Assembly (NCBI GenBank): GCA_965231135.1
Contig: OZ246419.1
Span: forward strand, 449,488-513,487
From: an uncultured Gammaproteobacteria bacterium
GTDB lineage: Bacteria; Patescibacteriota; Microgenomatia; UBA8517
DNA length: 64,000 nucleotides
Direction: 5' to 3'
How positions within the stretch are numbered: the first letter of the stretch is position 1; every line of letters begins with the position of its first letter. The notes beneath the pieces are model-generated. The model ran no database searches, was not told where the DNA came from, and saw nothing but the letters and a program-made list of their open reading frames with translations. Positions 57,127 to 64,000 of the stretch are shown here, piece by piece. The translations under genes were made by a program, and so were the position numbers.

Positions 57127-60072
57127 ATGAAACCAGCGGGAATTTGTATGGAAAACAATTCTAATGACTATATAAAAGTAAGAGGAGCTAGGCAGCATAA
57201 CTTGAAGAATGTTGATTTGGATATTCCAAAAAACAAACTGGTTGTGCTTACTGGAGTGTCTGGCTCTGGCAAATCTTCTTTCGCTTTTGACACAATTTAT
57301 GCTGAAGGGCAAAGGCGTTATGTTGAATCTCTCTCGAGTTATGCAAGGCAGTTTTTGGGAGTTATGGAGAAGCCTAATGTGGATTCTATTGAAGGGCTTT
57401 CGCCTGCAATTTCAATTGACCAAAAAACAACTTCACATAATCCAAGAAGCACTGTTGGTACAGTAACTGAAATTTATGATTACATGAGGCTTCTTTTTGC
57501 TCGCGTAGGCCACCCTCATTGCCCGATTTGCGGGAGAGAAATTTCTTCAATGAGCCTTGATCAAATTGTTGATGGAGCAATGAATTTGATAGGTGAGAGA
57601 AGTAGATTTTTAATTTTGTCGCCAATTGTAAAAGATAAAAAGGGAGAATATATTTCTCTTTTTGAAAACCTTAAATCAAAAGGATATGGACGAGCAAGAG
57701 TTGACGGACGAGTGCATGATTTGGAAGAGGATTTGGTTTTAATTAAAACCAATAAACATACTATTGATGCTGTGATTGATAGAATTTCTGTGAGCAAAAA
57801 AGAACTTAGGGATGAAGCATTCAAGAAAAACTTTAGAAATAGACTTGCTGACTCTATTCAAAAAGCTTTACTTCTTTCTGAAGGATTGGTTGTGGTTAGC
57901 GAAATAAACGACAAAGGATTTGAAATTCCTGAAACGCCTGCAGAAATGACAGATCATCTTTTTAGCGAAAAGTTTTCCTGCCCGATTGATAATATTTCTA
58001 TTCCTGAAATAGAACCCCGCACTTTTTCATTTAACACTCCTCACGGAGCATGCCCAACTTGTACAGGCTTGGGGAAAATACTTGAGGTACAACCTGGTTT
58101 AGTTTTTAGCGATGAATTAACAATAAGCGAAGGCGGAATACTTCCTTTTGGGCATATGTTTGATAATGATACCTGGACTGCGAGACTAATATTAACTTTT
58201 TGTGAGCAAAACGGAATTGATACGCATACTGCAACTAAGAATTTGGAGAAAAAAGATAAAGATCTTTTAATGAAAGGAACGGGAGAAAAGGAATATAAAG
58301 TTTATGGGACAAACAGGTTTGGACGCGAAACTTTTATTTTTGAAAAATTTGAAGGAATAAATAACGAACTTACAAAAAGATATAACACAACTGATTCCGA
58401 CGCAGTTCGCTCATCAATTGAAAGATTTATGAGAGAAGTTACTTGCCCTGTATGTAAAGGAAAAAGATTAAAACCTGAAGCTTTGTCTGTAACAATAGAT
58501 CAAAAATCAATTGCTGATGTCTGCGAGATGCCAATTAATGAAACTTTAAAATGGACTGACGAACTTGAGAAAGTTTTGTCTGAAAAAGAGAAAATTATTG
58601 GAAAAATTGTAATAAGGGAAATTGGAACAAGATTGCATTTTCTTGTAGATGTTGGATTAGATTATTTAACTTTATCGCGCTCTGCAAACACTCTTGCTGG
58701 AGGAGAAGCTCAAAGAATAAGACTTGCATCACAAGTTGGATCAGGACTCACTGGAGTTTTGTATGTTTTGGATGAGCCGACAATTGGGCTTCATTCCCGC
58801 GATAACGAAAGACTTATTAATACTTTAAAAAGATTAAAAGGACTTGGGAACACAGTTTTGGTTGTTGAGCATGATCGCGATATGATGATGGAGTCTGATT
58901 ATGTTGTCGATTTTGGCCCCGGAGCTGGAAAATTTGGAGGAAATGTAATTGCAAAAGGAACAGTAAAAGAAATAGAAAAAGATAAAAATTCTATAACTGG
59001 AAAATACTTAAGCGGAAAAAGAAAAATTAGACCGGAAATTCCCCCTTCTTCAACCCTGCGGGCTATAGCTAATAAACCTGGAAGTCTTGAAATTATTGGA
59101 GCGAGCCAATTTAATTTGAAAAATGTTGATGTGAGAATACCTCTTGGAAAATTGGTTGTTGTAACTGGAGTTTCAGGATCGGGTAAATCAACTCTTGTTG
59201 TGGATACTATTTATCATGCCGTCGCTCAACAGCTTAATAAATATCACAGAGAATCTCCTGGAGCATTCAAGAGAATTGAGGGACTTGATAATATCGATAA
59301 AGTGATTTTGATTGATCAATCGCCAATTGGACGGACTCCTCGCAGTAATCCTGCAACTTATACAAAAATGTTTGATTTAATTCGGGATGTCTTTGCTGCA
59401 ACGCGAGAAGCAAAACTTGCAGGATTTAAAAAGGGAAGATTTTCATTTAATACAAAGGGAGGACGCTGCGAAGCTTGCGAAGGGCAAGGACAAATAAAAA
59501 TAGAGATGCAATTTATGCCGGATATTTGGGTAAAGTGCGAAGTGTGTAACGGAAAAAGATATAACCAACAAACTCTTGAAGTGACTTATAAAGGAAAAAA
59601 TATTGCAGAAGTATTGGAAATGACGGTTTTACAAGCAAAAGAATTTTTTAATGCACATGAACCAATACTTCGAAAAATTGAAACTTTAATGGACGTCGGT
59701 CTTGATTATGTAGAGCTTGGACAACCGGCGACAACTCTTTCTGGAGGAGAGGCGCAAAGAGTAAAACTTTCAAGCGAACTTTCTAAAAAAGGAACTGGGC
59801 GAACGCTTTATGTTTTGGATGAGCCGACAACAGGGCTTCATTTTGCAGATTTGGAAAAACTTTTAACAGTACTTAAGATTCTGGCATCGCGAGGAAATAC
59901 AGTTTTAGTAATAGAACACAATTTAGATATTATAAAAAATGCTGATTGGGTGATTGATCTTGGGCCAGAAGGCGGAAGTGGAGGAGGAAAAATTGTTGCT
60001 GAGGGACTTCCGAAAGATATTGCTAATAATAAAAATTCCTGGACTGGAAAATTTTTGAAAAAAGAACTATAG
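57127..60072 (+). CDS. uvrA: Excinuclease ABC subunit A
   Basis: VRGARQHNLKNVDLDIPKNKLVVLTGVSGSGKSS, two ABC ATPase modules, and zinc fingers (CPICG, CPTCTG, CEACEG...CEVCNG). Alternative start ATG at 57148. Extended -10 TGaTATAAT at 57104-57112. Confidence 0.92.
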   Translation: MKPAGICMENNSNDYIKVRGARQHNLKNVDLDIPKNKLVVLTGVSGSGKSSFAFDTIYAEGQRRYVESLSSYARQFLGVMEKPNVDSIEGLSPAISIDQKTTSHNPRSTVGTVTEIYDYMRLLFARVGHPHCPICGREISSMSLDQIVDGAMNLIGERSRFLILSPIVKDKKGEYISLFENLKSKGYGRARVDGRVHDLEEDLVLIKTNKHTIDAVIDRISVSKKELRDEAFKKNFRNRLADSIQKALLLSEGLVVVSEINDKGFEIPETPAEMTDHLFSEKFSCPIDNISIPEIEPRTFSFNTPHGACPTCTGLGKILEVQPGLVFSDELTISEGGILPFGHMFDNDTWTARLILTFCEQNGIDTHTATKNLEKKDKDLLMKGTGEKEYKVYGTNRFGRETFIFEKFEGINNELTKRYNTTDSDAVRSSIERFMREVTCPVCKGKRLKPEALSVTIDQKSIADVCEMPINETLKWTDELEKVLSEKEKIIGKIVIREIGTRLHFLVDVGLDYLTLSRSANTLAGGEAQRIRLASQVGSGLTGVLYVLDEPTIGLHSRDNERLINTLKRLKGLGNTVLVVEHDRDMMMESDYVVDFGPGAGKFGGNVIAKGTVKEIEKDKNSITGKYLSGKRKIRPEIPPSSTLRAIANKPGSLEIIGASQFNLKNVDVRIPLGKLVVVTGVSGSGKSTLVVDTIYHAVAQQLNKYHRESPGAFKRIEGLDNIDKVILIDQSPIGRTPRSNPATYTKMFDLIRDVFAATREAKLAGFKKGRFSFNTKGGRCEACEGQGQIKIEMQFMPDIWVKCEVCNGKRYNQQTLEVTYKGKNIAEVLEMTVLQAKEFFNAHEPILRKIETLMDVGLDYVELGQPATTLSGGEAQRVKLSSELSKKGTGRTLYVLDEPTTGLHFADLEKLLTVLKILASRGNTVLVIEHNLDIIKNADWVIDLGPEGGSGGGKIVAEGLPKDIANNKNSWTGKFLKKEL

Positions 60073-60092
60073 GAGAGTATACTAAAGACAAA

Positions 60093-60476
60093 ATGTCATC
60101 TTGTGAAAAATTTTGCTTAGAAATTGATGATTTGTATCAGCCTTTTGATTGGAAAGGAAATAATATAGATGTTATGTGCCTTTGTCACCATGGAATTGGC
60201 CGAAGTTGGGGGATGTCAGACTATTTAACTTCTAAGGGGATACCATCTAGTTTTCTTGAAGGGGGTTTGCAGATAGTTGGAAAACAAGAAGATGGTATGC
60301 GTAGGAAAGTTTTAGATAACTTGAGTTTTGCTCCTGAAATTTTAGTACTTCTTGATCAATATGAAATTAGTATATTTCACAGCCTTTTATCTAAACTTGA
60401 TTCTAAAAGGTATAAACCGGTGAAATATGCTGATTTTGAAACATCAACAGATGATGTGCTTTCTTACTTTAGATAA
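60093..60476 (+). CDS. Rhodanese-like (CX5R) domain protein
   Basis: VMCLCHHGIGRSWGMSDYL...LEGGL fits the rhodanese/Cdc25 active-site loop CX5R(S) followed by the GG motif. Confidence 0.4.
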   Translation: MSSCEKFCLEIDDLYQPFDWKGNNIDVMCLCHHGIGRSWGMSDYLTSKGIPSSFLEGGLQIVGKQEDGMRRKVLDNLSFAPEILVLLDQYEISIFHSLLSKLDSKRYKPVKYADFETSTDDVLSYFR

Positions 60477-60477
60477 A

Positions 60478-61266
60478 CTAACTTTTTATTTTTGCATGAT
60501 ATTCTGCGTACATATCTTCTGGTTTTCTGAAATGATGAGAATTACTGTTGCCGAGTAAATTTATCCTTGATTCTGTTGAATATATGTCTGCTTTTACCAA
60601 CCAAATGTTTGTTAATAAACATACAGCTAGGTAGTTTCTAACATGGCTTGTAGCTGGACAAGTGATTATGCCGTGTTCAGATTCAACAAAGTCACTTTTA
60701 GTGAACCAGATTTGGATTGTTTTTTCGATTTGATCTCTAGTTTGTGTTTTTTCTTCTGATTTAAATATTTCCCTTGTTATGTCTTGAAGTTTACCGCCGA
60801 ACGTACTGAAGATTCCAAATTCGGAAATTAATGCTAGCCATCCTTTTGAGAAATCTTTTTCTGTAATTGTCTCATTTGATAATAATTTCAAATTTTTTGA
60901 GTATCTAATGTTATGGAGCATAAACCATAAATCTGAAAAGAAGTAATATTCGTTTTCTTTATATATTTCTTCTATAACTTGGGGGTTAAACTTTTGATTT
61001 AAATTTCCTTGATCACTTGTAAACTGTGGTAATAAATTTGCGGATAAAATCTTATTCCACATTATTTTATCTTCTTCGTCTTCAAATATTGGATTAATAT
61101 TGTATAAGTTCTGAGATTTTTCACAGTAACTAAATATTGTTTGTTCAATGGCGTATCGACTCTGTAACAGGACTTTCATGGCTTCTGCTATATAGTCAGG
61201 TTCATAGTGACTTTTATACTCCGGTCCGATATATTTCCGAGCCATCCATGTTTTGTATTCACCCAT
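60478..61266 (-). CDS. Hypothetical protein (262 aa)
   Basis: ORF with no recognisable domain. Confidence 0.45.
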   Translation of the reverse strand: MGEYKTWMARKYIGPEYKSHYEPDYIAEAMKVLLQSRYAIEQTIFSYCEKSQNLYNINPIFEDEEDKIMWNKILSANLLPQFTSDQGNLNQKFNPQVIEEIYKENEYYFFSDLWFMLHNIRYSKNLKLLSNETITEKDFSKGWLALISEFGIFSTFGGKLQDITREIFKSEEKTQTRDQIEKTIQIWFTKSDFVESEHGIITCPATSHVRNYLAVCLLTNIWLVKADIYSTESRINLLGNSNSHHFRKPEDMYAEYHAKIKS

Positions 61267-61330
61267 AAACTTTATTATACTATAAGTTATTAAGACTTCT
61301 AAGTTTCATTAATTTCAGTTAAAATAGTTT

Positions 61331-63115
61331 GTGGCTAGCCAGTTTATTTCCAACTCAAACGTTACTTATGATATTGCTTCTGACGGAACTACAACTGTAA
61401 GCCATGATATTACATTAGAAAACGTAACTTCTGATTTTTATGCAACTTCTTATACTTTATCTTTAAGCGGAATTACTCCAATAAATCCTGTTGCAAGCGA
61501 ATCTGGACAAAACTTGCCAGTGAAAATTACACAATCAAACGGAACAACAAACCTTGAAGTTGATTTTCCTGACGCTGTTGTTGGGCAAGGACAGAAACGC
61601 GAATTTGTTATTAGTTTTCAGGATAAAACTCTTGTAAATAAAAATGGAGAAATCTGGGAAATAACAACGCCACGCTTGGGAGACGCTACAAGCTTTGATG
61701 GATACTCAACAACTTTAAAAGTTCCAGATGTTTTTGGAAATTTGGCGTATATTTCACCTAACCCGACAAACAAATCAGCCGACAAAAATCAAAATGTTTA
61801 TAATTTTGACAAAAATGCATCATTAAAGACAACAATTACTGCTGCATTTGGAAATTTTCAGGTTTTTTCTTTTAATTTAACTTATCATCTTGAAAACCCA
61901 CTTAATCAAACTGCAACGACAACTATTGCACTTCCACCAGATACGAATTATCAAAAAATAAATTTGGTAAGCATTGATCCGAGACCTTTAAAAATTGATA
62001 TCGATACGGACGGAAACTGGATTGCAACTTATGAATTGAAACCTCAACAAAAAGTTGATGTAAAAGCAACTGGAGCTGTGCAGCTTTTTGCAAACGCACA
62101 AACTAATCCGAAACCAGATTATACAAAAGTAACTTCTGATTTAGGCGCAACTGATTTATGGCAAGTTAATGATCTGAAAATTCAGACTCTTGCAAAGCAA
62201 CTTAAAACTCCGCAGGCAATTTATAATTATGTGACGACGCATTTGTCTTATGATTATGCGAGAGTTGCCCCAAACGTACAAAGATTGGGAGCTGTTGGAG
62301 CTTTAAATAATCCTACACAAGCAATTTGTACAGAGTTTACGGATCTTTTTGTGGCACTTGCTAGAGCTGCTGGAATTCCTGCAAGAGAAATTGAAGGATA
62401 TGCATATACTGAAAATCCCCAGATTCAACCACTTAGCTTGGTTGCGGATGTACTTCATGCATGGCCTGAATATTGGGATGACAAAACTCAAGCTTGGATA
62501 CCTGTCGACCCGACTTGGGGCTCGACTTCTGGAATAGATTATTTTAATAAATTGGATTTGAGGCACTTTGCTTTTGTAATTCATGGAGAAGATGACAAAA
62601 AACCCTATCCAGCTGGAAGCTATAAGCTTGGGACAAATCCGCAGAAAGATGTTGATGTGCAGTTTGGAAGTTTGCCGGCGAATAGAATTAGTAAATTAAG
62701 TATTACAAGAACTGTAACAAGCCAGTTGCCTTTTAGTGATGAAATAGTTGATGTGAAATTGGCAAATAGCGGACCAGTTGCCATTTACGATGCAGATTTT
62801 GGAGTAAGTTTTGACAATAAACTTCAGCCGAAACAAAATATAATTTCTATAATTCCACCCTACGGATATTATGAAACAAATGTTGATATTCCATACAGCT
62901 TTTTGGGCCAGAAAACTCCAGAAAAAATAGATTTATCGGTAAATGGAAATAATTTGAGCGAATTTACTTCTTATAAAGTATTTGTGACACTTTCTAATTT
63001 GCTTTTAATGTGTTTGGTCGTTTTTGCATTAGTCTTTATGATATATTTAGCATTTAGAGATGCAAAAGCCAAAAAACATTCCGGAGAATCCGGGAGTCTA
63101 CCAGTTCAAAAGTAA
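61331..63115 (+). CDS. Transglutaminase-like cysteine-protease-fold surface protein with C-terminal TM anchor
   Basis: TGc core motif AICTEFTDLFVALARAAGIPAREIEGYAY. C-terminal hydrophobic helix followed by basic residues. Confidence 0.65.
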   Translation: MASQFISNSNVTYDIASDGTTTVSHDITLENVTSDFYATSYTLSLSGITPINPVASESGQNLPVKITQSNGTTNLEVDFPDAVVGQGQKREFVISFQDKTLVNKNGEIWEITTPRLGDATSFDGYSTTLKVPDVFGNLAYISPNPTNKSADKNQNVYNFDKNASLKTTITAAFGNFQVFSFNLTYHLENPLNQTATTTIALPPDTNYQKINLVSIDPRPLKIDIDTDGNWIATYELKPQQKVDVKATGAVQLFANAQTNPKPDYTKVTSDLGATDLWQVNDLKIQTLAKQLKTPQAIYNYVTTHLSYDYARVAPNVQRLGAVGALNNPTQAICTEFTDLFVALARAAGIPAREIEGYAYTENPQIQPLSLVADVLHAWPEYWDDKTQAWIPVDPTWGSTSGIDYFNKLDLRHFAFVIHGEDDKKPYPAGSYKLGTNPQKDVDVQFGSLPANRISKLSITRTVTSQLPFSDEIVDVKLANSGPVAIYDADFGVSFDNKLQPKQNIISIIPPYGYYETNVDIPYSFLGQKTPEKIDLSVNGNNLSEFTSYKVFVTLSNLLLMCLVVFALVFMIYLAFRDAKAKKHSGESGSLPVQK

Positions 63116-64000
63116 CGGGCAAATTATTTATGTCGGAAAAGCGAAGAATTTAAAGAATCGCCTCGGCTCTTATTTTTCTAATGATTTACTTCCAAAGACC
63201 CGCCAAATGGTTGCCACAGCTGATAGTGTTTCCTGGATTATTGTTGATAGCGAGCTGGAAGCACTTCTTCTTGAAGCGAATTTGGTTAAAAAATATCAAC
63301 CGAAATATAACATTGAGCTTAAAGATGATAAATCCCCGCTTTATATTGGAATAACGAAAGAAAAATACCCGCGAATTGTAATTTTTAGAAAAACTGATAA
63401 AGAAAAATTTAAACTAAAGGAAGAATTCGGGCCATATTTGAGCGGAATTACTGTACGCACACTTATGCGAAGAATAAGGAGAGTATTCCCATTTTCAACA
63501 CACGAGCCAATGAAGAGGATTTGTATTTACAAACAAATTGGGCTTTGTGATCCTTGCCCTTCTGAAATTGGAAATAATTTAGAACTTCGCAAAAAATATT
63601 TAAGAAATGTTCGAGGCGTCAAAAATATTTTGAGCGGGAAACTTGGATTTATAGAAAAAGATTTGGAAAAAGAAATAAAAGAATATGCTAAGGAAGAGAA
63701 ATTTGAAGAAGCACAAAAGGTAACTAACCAATTAAATGCATTTCGCAAGATGATTATACAAAGTGATGTACAAGAATATTTAACAACTCCTAATTTGATT
63801 GAAGATATAAGACAAAAAGAAATGGACGAACTTAAAAAACAGCTCTCCAAATATTATCCTGGTCTAAATAATTTAGAGCGAATTGAATGTTTTGATATTG
63901 CACATCTTGCTGGAAGTTTTCCGACTGCTTCGATGGTTGTGCTTATAAATGGAGAGGTAGAGAAAAAATATTACAGACATTTTAAAGTAAACCAAAGAAA
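63060..64000 (+). CDS. uvrC: Excinuclease ABC subunit C, N-terminal part (continues beyond the window; not in the ORF track)
   Basis: Hand-translated from the ATG at 63060: MQKPKNIPENPGVYQFKSNGQIIYVGKAKNLKNRLGSYF...ELEALLLEANLVKKYQPKYNIELKDDKSP...FDIAHLAGSFPTASMVVLINGEVEKKYYRHFKV. This gives the GIY-YIG and UvrC signature blocks. The frame stays open to nt 64000. It overlaps the preceding gene by 56 nt. Confidence 0.85.
   Translation, partial: MQKPKNIPENPGVYQFKSNGQIIYVGKAKNLKNRLGSYFSNDLLPKTRQMVATADSVSWIIVDSELEALLLEANLVKKYQPKYNIELKDDKSPLYIGITKEKYPRIVIFRKTDKEKFKLKEEFGPYLSGITVRTLMRRIRRVFPFSTHEPMKRICIYKQIGLCDPCPSEIGNNLELRKKYLRNVRGVKNILSGKLGFIEKDLEKEIKEYAKEEKFEEAQKVTNQLNAFRKMIIQSDVQEYLTTPNLIEDIRQKEMDELKKQLSKYYPGLNNLERIECFDIAHLAGSFPTASMVVLINGEVEKKYYRHFKVNQR

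Noticed and set aside
57034-57312. Minus-strand 92-aa ORF spanning the doc/uvrA junction
   Set aside because: Overlaps the well-supported uvrA start and the doc end. No features.
63527-63850. Minus-strand 107-aa ORF
   Set aside because: Antisense to the hand-translated, motif-rich uvrC N-terminal coding region.
1-64000. CRISPR arrays, prophage or IS elements
   Set aside because: No regular short direct-repeat/spacer arrays. No integrase, transposase or phage structural genes. The only repeats are the short regulatory motifs reported under findings.

Overview
AT-rich (~35% GC), gene-dense bacterial chromosome segment with ~70 protein genes and 2 tRNAs. The reduced gene set, many short overlaps, frequent leaderless-looking starts, and a gatCAB operon are consistent with a small-genome Patescibacteria/CPR-like organism; this placement is inference only. 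Gene order runs ftsA(partial)-ftsZ, a T-box-controlled ileS, a SEDS protein (FtsW/RodA), rplU-rpmA-parB, lepB, a frameshifted guaB, tRNA-Val, msrB, a large secreted C39-like peptidase, a six-gene Wzx/Wzy-type glycan cluster, msrA, pepF, a LysM protein, tRNA-Asp, polX, lemA-htpX, tsaC-like, a histidine kinase with separately encoded REC-only and wHTH-only (OmpR-type) proteins, gatC-gatA-(MFS)-gatB, dnaE, rplS, a DnaQ-GIY-YIG (Cho-like) nuclease, ruvC, holA-like, PMM, PGI/PMI, ppsA, eno, dedA, and a DNA-repair cluster lexA-(NHL secreted protein)-uvrB-(small ORF + Doc/Fic toxin)-uvrA ... uvrC(partial, absent from ORF track). No CRISPR arrays, integrases or transposases were seen. Most notable: an apparently translational T-box leader with a terminal-loop Ile specifier upstream of ileS; a split response-regulator arrangement; a recurring TTGACA / AATTTACAAATT motif family at the lexA, wHTH-regulator and neighbouring promoters; a Doc-family toxin module between uvrB and uvrA; and a GC-rich structured intergenic element upstream of pepF.
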